From positions 1 to 64,000 of the forward strand of contig JABLTJ010000027.1 of the NCBI GenBank assembly GCA_013166775.1: 64,000 nt of DNA. The letters run 5' to 3'. Below the pieces are notes generated by a model. The model was not told the origin of the DNA, made no database searches, and saw only the letters and a program-made list of their open reading frames with translations. The translations under genes and the position numbers were made by a program. This document shows positions 41,026 to 50,892 of this stretch, in pieces; within the stretch, counting starts at the first letter, position 1, and each line of letters opens with the position of its first letter. This DNA is from Promethearchaeati archaeon (GTDB lineage: Archaea > Asgardarchaeota > Heimdallarchaeia > Heimdallarchaeales > Heimdallarchaeaceae).

Positions 41026-41442
41026 CTATTGAGGAGGAGCTATTGAAATGTGCCCTTGAATTATAGCCCATTTTCCTTCTGATTTCTTTACTACACCAGT
41101 CAACCTTGCAGGACTTACTATTCTTTGTTCCCCAATTCGGAGATTAACTGTTACATCTGCAGCAATCCATGCAATGGAACCATGGGAATTAATCTTTGTC
41201 CAATCAAATGATAATGAAATTTCATCAAATCGCTCTTTTTCCTTTGCTGGAGCATATTTATATTCTTCTTCATAACCAACCCATTTTTCTCCTGTACCAT
41301 AAACAACAAGGTTGGAATCTTTTGCCCATAAAGCTAAATACCTATCAATATCATCTTTTGGATATGCTTCTACAAATTCCTCAAAAAATTCTTTAACTTC
41401 AGCGATAGTTTGTGGATCATTACTCATTTTATCACTATGCAT
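41026..41442 (-). CDS. SnoaL/NTF2-like protein
   Basis: VVYGTGEKWVG, IAWIAAD..ARLTGVVKK..GKWAIIQGHIS. Confidence 0.85.
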   Translation of the reverse strand: MHSDKMSNDPQTIAEVKEFFEEFVEAYPKDDIDRYLALWAKDSNLVVYGTGEKWVGYEEEYKYAPAKEKERFDEISLSFDWTKINSHGSIAWIAADVTVNLRIGEQRIVSPARLTGVVKKSEGKWAIIQGHISIAPPQ

Positions 41443-41558
41443 AAAGGTTACCCAGAACCTTTAAATTTTACCAATATTTTATTTATGAATTATTACCCTA
41501 AAATCGTTAGGTTTATATAATAATAAGATAAGAGAATATTGAGTAATAATTCAAAAAG

Positions 41559-41897
41559 GTGAAAAAAATGGGATTTAGACAAAGAAGATTTGCACAAGGC
41601 CCAGGTAATGGAAGAGGAAGATTTTTCCAACGAGGTGGATTCGGAAGGAGATACTACAGCCCTAATTGTGACTGGTATCCTGATTTACCAAGAGGTTGGT
41701 GGGCGATGCCTGAATATCAAGATAGAGTTAGAGATGCAGGATGGGTTGCACCTCCAGTTGCAGCTAGATGGAATCCTTATGGGAAACCAAACAATCCAGA
41801 AGCAGTAGAGCATGAAATTTCTCTCATTCAGAAACAGATAGAATCTCTTCAGGATGAAATCGAATATCTGAAAGATCTGAAACTAGCTAAGGATTAG
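41559..41897 (+). CDS. DUF5320-like G/R-rich protein with C-terminal coiled coil
   Basis: GPGNGRGRF..GFGRR, PDLPRGWW, EISLIQKQIESLQDEIEYL. Confidence 0.7.
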   Translation: MKKMGFRQRRFAQGPGNGRGRFFQRGGFGRRYYSPNCDWYPDLPRGWWAMPEYQDRVRDAGWVAPPVAARWNPYGKPNNPEAVEHEISLIQKQIESLQDEIEYLKDLKLAKD

Positions 41898-41952
41898 ATT
41901 AATAGCCGAAAAATCTTTATTCTTCCTTCTTTTTCTGTAAGTAGTTGATCTT

Positions 41953-42294
41953 ATGAGTAATCGTCGTCATCCTCCAAGAGATGGTTCAGGATTTCATAGA
42001 GGTAAAGGACGGATGAGAGGTCATGGGAGAGGAAGAGGGAGAGGAAGACCAGTAATAGCTTATCCTATAGAACACGATTTAGGTAGCAGAGAAGCACAAG
42101 GAAGTGTAGAGTTATCAAGTTTTGAATTGCAGATTTTACAGATGGCAGATATTGATGGTTTAATTCAAAATGATATTGCAGAGAAATTAGAAATTTCTCA
42201 AACGTCTGTTTGGCGTTATCTGAAAGCTGTAAGAGAAAGAATTGCTATAGCTATAGCCGAGAACAATAGTATCAGAATAACTATCAAAGATTAA
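41953..42294 (+). CDS. DUF134/UPF0251-like HTH protein
   Basis: GRGRP, VELSSFELQILQMADIDGLIQ.DIAEKLEISQ.SVWR.L...R..IA.A. Confidence 0.8.
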   Translation: MSNRRHPPRDGSGFHRGKGRMRGHGRGRGRGRPVIAYPIEHDLGSREAQGSVELSSFELQILQMADIDGLIQNDIAEKLEISQTSVWRYLKAVRERIAIAIAENNSIRITIKD

Positions 42295-42368
42295 CCTTAG
42301 ATATAGTCACTTCATTCTAAATACTTACTTTTATTAATGATTTTGAAAAAATGAACAAGGTTTGAAAA

Positions 42369-42809
42369 ATGGATATAAATATCAAAGAGATTACTGCAGA
42401 GAATTGGGTAGATGCAGTAAAATTAAAGGTTAAAGAAGATCAAGAGAATTTTATTGCTTCAAATGCGGTCTCCCTAGCGCAATCGAAATTTCACCCATTC
42501 ATAGAGTGTCATGGTTTCTATGCAGGAGAGGAGATGGTTGGTTTTTCAGCTACAGGAAAAAATCCTGAAGACGGAGAAATTTGGATAGCAAGATTTATGA
42601 TAGGAGAAAAGTTCCAAGGTAAAGGTTATGGCAAGAAATGTTCTATTAAACTGCTGGAATTCTTAAAAGAAAGGCATAATTGTTTTAAAATATTCCTAGA
42701 TGTTGCACCTGAAAATGAGATAGCTATTAAGATGTATGAATCGGTTGGATTCAAGGATACTGGAAAAATTCAAGGTAAGAGTAAAGTATTCAAACTAGAC
42801 TTCGAATGA
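42369..42809 (+). CDS. GNAT (polyamine acetyltransferase-like)
   Basis: DQENFIASNA.SLAQS, RFMIGEKFQGKGYG, ENEIAIKMYESVGF. Confidence 0.9.
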   Translation: MDINIKEITAENWVDAVKLKVKEDQENFIASNAVSLAQSKFHPFIECHGFYAGEEMVGFSATGKNPEDGEIWIARFMIGEKFQGKGYGKKCSIKLLEFLKERHNCFKIFLDVAPENEIAIKMYESVGFKDTGKIQGKSKVFKLDFE

Positions 42810-42874
42810 ATCAGAGAGATTAATTCTTGGTAGAAAATTAGTTTTAAAAAGAATCTCATCAATTATACTTAGAC

Positions 42875-43273
42875 ATGAAATCTTCAAAGGAAAAATCGGA
42901 AAAGGAATGGAAGGAAGAATTAACCAAAGAGCAATTTAGAGTCTTGCGTTTAAAAGGAACAGAACTAGCCTTCACGGGAAAATACTGGAATAATAAAGAG
43001 AAAGGGACATACAAATGTGCAGGCTGTGGAAAGAAACTTTTTACATCAGAGACTAAATACGACTCAGGATGTGGTTGGCCCTCGTTTTTCACTCCGTTAG
43101 AAGACAGTAATATCAAAGAAGAAGTGGATACTTCTCATGGAATGGAAAGAACCGAGGTTCTATGCAAGAACTGCGGTGGTCATCTAGGTCATGTATTTGA
43201 TGATGGCCCCAAACCTACAGGATTACGTTATTGCATAAATTCTGTTTCTCTTGATTTTGACAAAGAAGACTAA
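42875..43273 (+). CDS. msrB: Peptide-methionine (R)-S-oxide reductase
   Basis: [31 protein letters not shown], two CxxC. Confidence 0.97.
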   Translation: MKSSKEKSEKEWKEELTKEQFRVLRLKGTELAFTGKYWNNKEKGTYKCAGCGKKLFTSETKYDSGCGWPSFFTPLEDSNIKEEVDTSHGMERTEVLCKNCGGHLGHVFDDGPKPTGLRYCINSVSLDFDKED

Positions 43274-43777
43274 ACTCTTCAAATAAGATTCACATCAATA
43301 ATTGCAGAGATACGTAAAATAGTATTTGTCCATTTAACAAAACTTGTTACTTACTCGATGGAGTAGATACTATACTTCATTTTTATAAGCTCTCTAGACT
43401 CCACTCCGAGAAATAATAGATTGTTTGGGGGAGAGAAGAGATTACAACATAATGCAAAAACCCTCTCGAAAAACAGTAGATTTATATTACTTTTTTTTCA
43501 AAAATCATTAGTGATAGAGATGAGTACATTTCGAATCTTTCTTGTAATGGGTGCATTTCTTTAGTGTATCCGTGTCTGTTGGTGTACAAATTTCTTAGCT
43601 GAAAAGATTTTAAGCAGAATAAGAAGATACGAAGTCTCAAGCTTTCTTTTCCTCTATCAGTGATTTGCTTTATCTAAAATACTAGTATTTTCCAGCTTTT
43701 CTGAGAATAATCTTTTCTGTATGAATTCTTTCCCCCATAGCCACTATCTTTGCAAAAAGGGGTGATAAAAAAAGAAC

Positions 43778-44899
43778 GTGTCAAAATTGATTAAAATAGA
43801 AAATATTCACAAAACATATAGAAGCACTAGAAGAGAATTCCAGCTTTTTATGAAAAATGTGAAAAAGAAAGGTAAAGAAGTAAAGAAATCAGGTTCTACT
43901 TCTTCAAGCGTTAGTGAAACCAAGGTAAAGTACAATCCTTTCTTGAAGACTTCGAAGAAGCAAACAGAAGCTCTTTGTGGGATTACACTCCACATTAGTA
44001 AAGGTGAGATCTTTGGCTTATTGGGACCTAATGGAGCAGGTAAAACTACACTTACAAAAATCATTTCAACCCTCATTATTCCTGACAAGGGATCTGTAAC
44101 AGTAAATAGCTTCGACATTGTGAAGAAGGTTAAACAAGCTCGTGCATCTATTGGATTAGTTACAGGAGGAGAAAGATCTCTCTACTGGAAACTTACTCCT
44201 ATTGAAAATCTTTCTTTCTTCGGAAGAATGTACTACTTATCGAAGAAGGAATCTGTTGAAAGAGCAAAGGAACTCATAGAAATCTTCGATATGAAAGAGA
44301 AAGAAAATGAGCTTATCCAAAACCTAAGTACTGGACAGAAGATGAAAATTGCTTTCGCTCGATCTCTAATGCATGATCCTCCTATCCTACTTCTAGATGA
44401 GTATAATAGAGGATTGGATCCACAAGCATCAAAAGATCTTAGAACATATATCAAGAAACAATTACAACAAGAACAGAACAAAACTATTCTTCTTTGTACT
44501 CACGACATGAATGTAGCTGATGAACTCTCAGATAGAGTTGGATTAATTTTCCAAGGCAAAGTTGTTTCCTTAGAGACTCCTGAGAAACTAAAAAGCTCTT
44601 TAGAATACAAATCAAAAGTTACTCTGGTTACAAACAAACCAGTTGTCAAGTTGTTAACTAGTTATCAAGGATTGAACATCCTATCAACAAAACAAGCTAA
44701 TGGAGATTTCACAACCATCGTATCACTCGGGAATGGTCAAACTGGGATGGAAGTAATGGACTATATCAGAGAACAAGGATTCTTTGTAAAGAATCTCGAA
44801 GTAAACCATGCTAGTTTAGAGGATGTATTTCTTACCTATACAGGTAGAACTCTAGAAGATGATGAAATAGAGATCAGTATAAAGGAGGTTCAAACATGA
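43778..44899 (+). CDS. ABC-2-type exporter ATP-binding protein
   Basis: GPNGAGKTT, LSTGQ, LLLDE, SLEDVFL.YTGR. Confidence 0.95.
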   Translation: MSKLIKIENIHKTYRSTRREFQLFMKNVKKKGKEVKKSGSTSSSVSETKVKYNPFLKTSKKQTEALCGITLHISKGEIFGLLGPNGAGKTTLTKIISTLIIPDKGSVTVNSFDIVKKVKQARASIGLVTGGERSLYWKLTPIENLSFFGRMYYLSKKESVERAKELIEIFDMKEKENELIQNLSTGQKMKIAFARSLMHDPPILLLDEYNRGLDPQASKDLRTYIKKQLQQEQNKTILLCTHDMNVADELSDRVGLIFQGKVVSLETPEKLKSSLEYKSKVTLVTNKPVVKLLTSYQGLNILSTKQANGDFTTIVSLGNGQTGMEVMDYIREQGFFVKNLEVNHASLEDVFLTYTGRTLEDDEIEISIKEVQT

Positions 44900-45822
44900 T
44901 GTTTCATGATGTTGTACTTGTATCTCATGATAATGAAGATCAAGAAGATAAACCAAATGAGATACATGACGAGGTGCTGAAAAGAGTCAATAAATCAGGA
45001 GTAAGGAAATCGATTCATGCAATTACTACTTATGCAATTAAGAACCTAAAACATTCTCTACGCTATCCTGGATCATGGCTCTACTGGATGTTAGTTCCTA
45101 TGCTTTGGCTAGTTCCTTATGCCTTTCAAGGAAGAGCTCTCATAGAGGGGACTGAATCAGACTTCTTTAGACAGTTCGGTGGTACAGGAGATTACTTCTC
45201 CTATGTAGCTATAGGAATAATTCTTTTCAATATTGTTGATGCAGCTATATGGGGAAGTGGTAATAGACTAAGGTGGGAACAGAAAAGTGGAACATTCGAA
45301 TTCCTATGGATGTCTCCAGTTTCTCGATCCGAATTGCTTCTTGGAGCAAGTTTGTCTGAGCTTGGATGGATAGTGTTCGTTTGCACTGGTCAGTTCCTTA
45401 TTCTGAACTCCATACTCTCATGGTCCTTTACAATTGTCCAAGTACTACTAGCAATGTTAGTCATCCTTGTAACCTTGATTGGATTGTTTGGTTTCAGTTT
45501 CTTATTTGCTAGCATTATTCTTGTCTTCAAAGAACCAGGAACATTAACTGAATTAACTGAAGCAAGTTTGAATATCTTGTTACCTGTTCGATATCCTTTA
45601 CAGGTGCTACCTTCGTACATTAGATGGGTTGGATATGTCATACCATTTGCTTATGGTTTTTTGGCATTCAGAGCATTTACAATCGCGTACAATCTGAGAC
45701 TAGGAGCTCTTTACATCTCATTATTATTTCTGCTATCAGTTATAATGTGGATAGGTGGTGTAAAACTCTTTGCAAAAATCGAACATCGAACTAGAAGCAC
45801 AGGACAATTAGGAGTTTATTGA
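44896..45822 (+). CDS. ABC-2 permease
   Basis: WEQKSGTFE.LWMSPVSR, YPLQVLP; ATGA overlap with the ATPase. Confidence 0.9.
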   Translation: MMFHDVVLVSHDNEDQEDKPNEIHDEVLKRVNKSGVRKSIHAITTYAIKNLKHSLRYPGSWLYWMLVPMLWLVPYAFQGRALIEGTESDFFRQFGGTGDYFSYVAIGIILFNIVDAAIWGSGNRLRWEQKSGTFEFLWMSPVSRSELLLGASLSELGWIVFVCTGQFLILNSILSWSFTIVQVLLAMLVILVTLIGLFGFSFLFASIILVFKEPGTLTELTEASLNILLPVRYPLQVLPSYIRWVGYVIPFAYGFLAFRAFTIAYNLRLGALYISLLFLLSVIMWIGGVKLFAKIEHRTRSTGQLGVY

Positions 45823-45831
45823 GGTGAAAAC

Positions 45832-46692
45832 ATGAAGAGTAAAAATTCAATAAAAAACACTGCAAAGAACTTACTTAACGAATTGAAAGGAACTTTAGCA
45901 ATATATAATAAAGCATGGAAAATAAGGAAGAGATATCCTTTATCATTAGCTTTCTTTGCATTCGCTCCTCTCCTATGGCTTCTACCTCATTTGATTTATG
46001 GAACCGCAGTAACAGGTGGAAGATATTCAGCAAAACTGGAATCCTTAATCGGTTTTGGAGACGTATTAGTTTACACCGCTTTGGGATTAGTATTCATTGC
46101 ATTATTTCATAATACCATGTGGGGAACAGCTTACTCCATCAGAGATGAAGAGTTCTTAGGAACACTAGATAATATGTATATAGCACCCATCTCTCGATTT
46201 AGTATTATTCTAGGCAATTCCGCTTTCGCCATTTCACAAGCAGCAGTCGGTTGTACAATTCAGATGATAATAATTGGAGTTTGGTATAGAGATTCATTCA
46301 ACATAGTTAATCTACTACTCGCTACAGTCTTCATGGTATTGGCAATTATTATGGTGCAAGGAGTATCGATGGTACTTGTTTCTTTTGTCTTTTGGCAAAA
46401 GGAAGGTTGGAGATCAATCTTGATAGTTCATTCAGTGTTGATGTTCTTAACTCCAATTGCTTTCCCAATAGTTGTCTTACCTAATTACTTACAAGGAATC
46501 GCAAAACTGAATCCATTAACATTTGCTATTGAGGGATTCAGAAATGCTTTCTTATTCGGTGTCAGCTTTGAAGTAATGAGATATCTATTCATACTGATTG
46601 TAGCAGTTCCAATACTCTTGGCTCTTGGAGTAATTATTTTCCAAATAACCGAAAAACTGTTGAGAAAGAAAGCTCTTTTAGGGCAGTATTAA
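45832..46692 (+). CDS. ABC-2 permease
   Basis: EEFLGTLD...APISR, FPIVVLP..NPLTFAIEGFR; GAGGTG SD. Confidence 0.9.
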   Translation: MKSKNSIKNTAKNLLNELKGTLAIYNKAWKIRKRYPLSLAFFAFAPLLWLLPHLIYGTAVTGGRYSAKLESLIGFGDVLVYTALGLVFIALFHNTMWGTAYSIRDEEFLGTLDNMYIAPISRFSIILGNSAFAISQAAVGCTIQMIIIGVWYRDSFNIVNLLLATVFMVLAIIMVQGVSMVLVSFVFWQKEGWRSILIVHSVLMFLTPIAFPIVVLPNYLQGIAKLNPLTFAIEGFRNAFLFGVSFEVMRYLFILIVAVPILLALGVIIFQITEKLLRKKALLGQY

Positions 46693-47555
46693 AACTGCTC
46701 CCAGAACTCCTTTTCAGGATGTTCTACTTTCTCAACTAATCTTTTATCATGCCAACAGAAATCACAATAAGAATTACCTATCATGAGAGATTTTTCTCTT
46801 GTTAGAACAAAGCTTTCATTCATTCTATTTATCGTTAGAAAATCAGGATAACATCCAACCAAATAACCAAACTCTTTATCAAAGCCATTATACAAGTGCT
46901 CCAATGCTTGTTGGGTCATGCATTTTTCTATTTTTATTCCTACTTTGCCTTGATCTATTTTAAAGGCAGTAAAATTGAAGGTTTCTTTATATTCACTTTC
47001 ATACAGCTCTACCATCTGTTCAATCATTTCCATAGTTGGTTCCCTTTTCTCTCCATCTATATAGAGATATTCAAGGTATTCTTTGTAGAACTTCAGAGCT
47101 TCCTCTCTAGGCATGATTTCTTTGAGTACAACAGCCATAATGTACTTTGGAATTATTCTCCCACTCACTCTATCAAGAATTGTTATTTGCATTTTTTTGG
47201 TTCTTCTACTAACATAGTATTTCTGAAGATTCAGAGAAATCTTTGAGACTTGTATCAATTTATTTCTCAATATTCTGAAGAAATCCACAATTAACTCTTT
47301 GCCATCTCTTCTCTGTAATCTAAAATTCTTTAATAAAGATTGAACTGCTTCTGGTAGGTCTTGTTTCTCAGCTATTATTTTAGAAAATTCTTTTCCTAGT
47401 ACTCGAACATAAGGAAGAAAATAATCTGGGTGAAAATTCACCAAATATTCTAGAAAGGAATTTAGTTCGAGCAGAATCCTATTAACAAAGTTTCTAAGAT
47501 GAAATTCAACTTCGTAATTTTCATCATACTCGCTATACTTTTCTCGAATAATCAC
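46689..47555 (-). CDS. ATC-hydrolase-like (V4R-related) domain protein
   Basis: KIEKC..GCYPDF..N..FVLTREKSLM.G..YCDFCWHD. Confidence 0.8.
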   Translation of the reverse strand: MIIREKYSEYDENYEVEFHLRNFVNRILLELNSFLEYLVNFHPDYFLPYVRVLGKEFSKIIAEKQDLPEAVQSLLKNFRLQRRDGKELIVDFFRILRNKLIQVSKISLNLQKYYVSRRTKKMQITILDRVSGRIIPKYIMAVVLKEIMPREEALKFYKEYLEYLYIDGEKREPTMEMIEQMVELYESEYKETFNFTAFKIDQGKVGIKIEKCMTQQALEHLYNGFDKEFGYLVGCYPDFLTINRMNESFVLTREKSLMIGNSYCDFCWHDKRLVEKVEHPEKEFWEQF

Positions 47556-47697
47556 ATTAATTCAACCTTTAGAACACTTATTTAGTTGTTGGGTATTTGT
47601 TATACAGCACTCTGTTATTATTGTATCTGTAGTTCGATATATTTCTGTTTATTGAGGAAAGAATTTAATTGACTTCAGACTCATTGTTAATAGTATC

Positions 47698-48045
47698 ATG
47701 AATCTCATAGAAAATTATCGTTTTGGTAAGATCGTTATTAATGGTCAAAAATATAATAGAGACCTTATCGTTTTCCCGGAAGAAATTAAAACAAATTGGT
47801 GGCGTAAGGATGGCCATTCCCTTTGTCTAGAGGATTTAACAGTTCTTGATGATATCAAAACTGATTATCTTGTGGTTGGTATTGGTTCTGCTGGTGTCAT
47901 GAAGGTTCCTTCTGATGTTTTACAAAATCTGAGCCAGAAGGATATTGAAGTCATTGTTCTGAAAACCCCTGAAGCAGTTGAAGAGTATAATCGTTTAGCT
48001 AAAGAAGGGAAACAGGTAGTTGGTGCATTTCATCTAACTTGTTAA
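47698..48045 (+). CDS. Mth938-like (DUF498/AAMDC) protein
   Basis: IENYRFGKI.ING..Y..DLI..WWRKDGH..VVGIG..G.M..T.EAV..YN..GAFHLTC. Confidence 0.92.
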   Translation: MNLIENYRFGKIVINGQKYNRDLIVFPEEIKTNWWRKDGHSLCLEDLTVLDDIKTDYLVVGIGSAGVMKVPSDVLQNLSQKDIEVIVLKTPEAVEEYNRLAKEGKQVVGAFHLTC

Positions 48046-48103
48046 CATTAATCGTGGTTTGTTTTATTCAAAAATTTTTAAGTTAGTGTAAGAAAGATAA
48101 TCC

Positions 48104-48925
48104 ATGGGTTCTAAGAAAAGAGATGAGGAAGTAGTTTTGATTACTGGTGCTACTGGTGGGATAGGTACTGTTACAGCTAATCTTTTACATAACAATGGAT
48201 ACAAAGTTTATGGTACTACTCGGAATCTAAATAGTGCTCCAAAAACATCATTTAAACTTCTACAGCTTGATGTAACAGAAGATACTTCAGTAAAAGGATG
48301 TATTGAGGAAATTATATCTAAGGAAGGAAAGATCGATGTTCTAATCAATAATGCAAGTTTCTCATTATGTGGTTCGGTAACTTATCTTTCAGCCAAAGAT
48401 TTTCAAGCACAATTTGAGACAAATTTCTTTGGTGTTCATAGAATGATTTCAGAAGTTCTTCCAGGGATGTTAGAAAGAGAGGAAGGGAAAATCATCAATA
48501 TTGGTACGCTAGGTGGAAGAGCTGCAATGCCTTTTCAAGCTCCATATAGTTCAACAAAAGCAGCATTAGCAATTTACACTGATACAATCAGGATGGAATT
48601 ACAAACAAAGGGAATTAAAGTTTCATTAGTTGAACCTGGAGATATCAAAACTGATTTTCAAGCTGGAAGAAAATTCGCTAAAGGGTACGAGAATGATTTA
48701 GTAGCTCAGCAAGTAGTTGATTTGTATCATGAAAATGAAAGGAAAGGAACACCTCCAAAAAGAGTAGCAAAGAAGATTCATAAGATTATAAGAAAGAACA
48801 ATCCAAAACCAAGATATCTAGTGGGATTAATGCAAACATTCCTAGTAGGATTTCTCTTTAGATTACTTCCAATTTCCGTACAAGTATGGGGATTAATGTG
48901 GTACTTTAAAATTCCCAGAAACTGA
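48104..48925 (+). CDS. SDR oxidoreductase, candidate 3-ketodihydrosphingosine reductase
   Basis: ITGATGGIG, VYGTTR, LINNA, ETNFFG, YSSTK, VEPGDIKT; adjacent to SPT-type gene. Confidence 0.85.
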   Translation: MGSKKRDEEVVLITGATGGIGTVTANLLHNNGYKVYGTTRNLNSAPKTSFKLLQLDVTEDTSVKGCIEEIISKEGKIDVLINNASFSLCGSVTYLSAKDFQAQFETNFFGVHRMISEVLPGMLEREEGKIINIGTLGGRAAMPFQAPYSSTKAALAIYTDTIRMELQTKGIKVSLVEPGDIKTDFQAGRKFAKGYENDLVAQQVVDLYHENERKGTPPKRVAKKIHKIIRKNNPKPRYLVGLMQTFLVGFLFRLLPISVQVWGLMWYFKIPRN

Positions 48926-49032
48926 AAAGTAAAACATGAACCCTCATATTTTGCTTTTTCATCGTCTCATCTGAAATCTTTATAAAAAACCTCTTAGATT
49001 CATCAATCTAACTTCAATATGCCTAAATTGCA

Positions 49033-50256
49033 ATGGTGGAGAAAATGTCTAAATTCTTTAAAAAATGTAATCGGTATTATCGTTTTGGAGAACCAACTAT
49101 AGCCAAAAATCTTGGTATTTACCCTTATTTTCATCGTATTCATGGAGAGCAAAATCCTATTGTGCAAATGGATGATAAAGATATTATCATGCTGGGGAGT
49201 AATAATTACCTTGGTATGACTTCTCATCCCCAAGTTAAACAAGCAGCAAAAGATGCAATTGATGTATATGGGGTAGGTTCAACAGGGTCTAGATTACTCA
49301 ACGGAACCATGGATATTCACATTGAATTAGAAGAGAGATTAGCTAAATTCATGGGAACAGATGATTGTGTAGTTTTTTCAACAGGAATGCAAGCTAATCT
49401 TGGAGCTATCTCAGCGTTGCTTTCAGAAAAGGATGAATGGATCATCTCAGATCAACAAAATCATGCGTCTATAATCGATGGTATTCGTCTTGGAAGAAAT
49501 AATCCAAAAAACAAAAAAATCTACGATCATTGTAATATGGACTCATTAGCTAAATGTTTGAAAGATACACCAAAAGGTAAAGCTCTAATTGTTACTGATG
49601 GTGTTTTTTCGATGGAAGGAGATCTAGCTAAAATGAATGAAATAATGGATTTAGCTGAAGATCGTGATGCTGGTGTATACATAGATGATGCTCACGCTGT
49701 TGGAGTTATTGGTCCTCATGGGAAAGGTACAGCTGCTCATTTTGATATGGTTGATAAAGTTCATCTAACAATGGGTACTTTTTCCAAAAGTTTTGCAACA
49801 GTGGGAGGTTTTGTTGCTGCAAATGAGCAAATCTGCAATTGGCTAAGGCACAAGGCTAGATCTTTTATATTCTCAGCTAGTCCACCTCCAGCTACATGTG
49901 CTACTGTTTTAGCAATTTTAGATATCATAGAGAAAGATGATTCCTATAGGCAAAAACTTCTAGCAATAGGAGATAAAATGAGAAAAGGATTAACTGATAT
50001 AGGCTTTGATACTGGTAATTCAGTTACACCAATAATCCCACTAGTTGTTGGAGAGACTCGTCGGACAGTTAAATTTTTCAAGAAGCTGTTTGAACACAAA
50101 CCTAGAGGGATTTTTACTAACCCTGTAGTTCATCCTGCTACTCCAAAAGGAAGAGAATTAATCCGTACATCATACATAGCTACTATGACGGATGAAGTAA
50201 CCTCAGAAGCTCTGGATATTTTCGAAGTAGCTGGAAAGGACATGAAGTTGATTTAG
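49033..50256 (+). CDS. spt: PLP-dependent alpha-oxoamine synthase, serine palmitoyltransferase-type
   Basis: IYPYF, GSNNYLG, GSRLLNGT, NHASIIDG, DGVFSMEGD, DDAH, GTFSKS, FIFSAS.PP. Confidence 0.75.
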   Translation: MVEKMSKFFKKCNRYYRFGEPTIAKNLGIYPYFHRIHGEQNPIVQMDDKDIIMLGSNNYLGMTSHPQVKQAAKDAIDVYGVGSTGSRLLNGTMDIHIELEERLAKFMGTDDCVVFSTGMQANLGAISALLSEKDEWIISDQQNHASIIDGIRLGRNNPKNKKIYDHCNMDSLAKCLKDTPKGKALIVTDGVFSMEGDLAKMNEIMDLAEDRDAGVYIDDAHAVGVIGPHGKGTAAHFDMVDKVHLTMGTFSKSFATVGGFVAANEQICNWLRHKARSFIFSASPPPATCATVLAILDIIEKDDSYRQKLLAIGDKMRKGLTDIGFDTGNSVTPIIPLVVGETRRTVKFFKKLFEHKPRGIFTNPVVHPATPKGRELIRTSYIATMTDEVTSEALDIFEVAGKDMKLI

Positions 50257-50265
50257 ATATTTTTC

Positions 50266-50871
50266 TTATTTTCCTACTCTTACTGAACAGGTTAAATGCC
50301 CACCTACGTATCCAAGAAAGACGGAACAACCTAGAAGTATTAGGCTTAAAGTTATTGACCAAAGAATTTCTAAACTATTAGAATCAATTAGAAATGCTGA
50401 AACAGCAAGTAAAATTGAAAGAATTATTGCTGTACTTCCAACCATAATTTTCTGTTTAAGCATTGGAGTTGTTATTGATTTGAATCTTATCTTCCCATCA
50501 AGTATGCCAGCACTCAAAGCAGCTACAAGAACAAAAGGTAATGCCACAGATAATATTCTCAAAGCCATGAGGAAATAGGTTTGGATCGGTTCGTTAAGTA
50601 TTGCAACAAGTATTGAAATACCAAGAATAAATGGAATAAATCCTTGGGGGAAATGTACTAGAATAGGATGAATATGAAATTCTAATATCTTCATTCGTTT
50701 CTCTGAAATTGTAGGTTCATAGGGTTCAAAAGCGGATTTCTTCACTCCACAAGCAGGACATAAATCTCCCAGTTTGCTTTCCTTTATCACATATCCACAG
50801 ACTTTACATTTAACAAATTGAACCATTATATCACTCATTAAATATAGATTGAATAAAGAAAAGCAATTCAA
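50266..50871 (-). CDS. Rubredoxin-like plus DUF2231-like membrane protein
   Basis: CKVCGY..CPACGV; HIHPILVHFP; GYVGGHL. Confidence 0.8.
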   Translation of the reverse strand: MNCFSLFNLYLMSDIMVQFVKCKVCGYVIKESKLGDLCPACGVKKSAFEPYEPTISEKRMKILEFHIHPILVHFPQGFIPFILGISILVAILNEPIQTYFLMALRILSVALPFVLVAALSAGILDGKIRFKSITTPMLKQKIMVGSTAIILSILLAVSAFLIDSNSLEILWSITLSLILLGCSVFLGYVGGHLTCSVRVGK

Positions 50872-50892
50872 CTTCTATTTAATATTTGCTAA

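Noticed and set aside
43280-43770. Possible ncRNA or precursor peptide upstream of the ABC exporter
   Set aside because: Only short imperfect hairpins and ORFs under 30 aa; nothing supportable
49033-50256. Annotation as bioF or kbl
   Set aside because: The motif is GSRLLNGT rather than SRLVSG or VRFICGT, and there is no biotin or tdh context; not formally excluded without phylogeny
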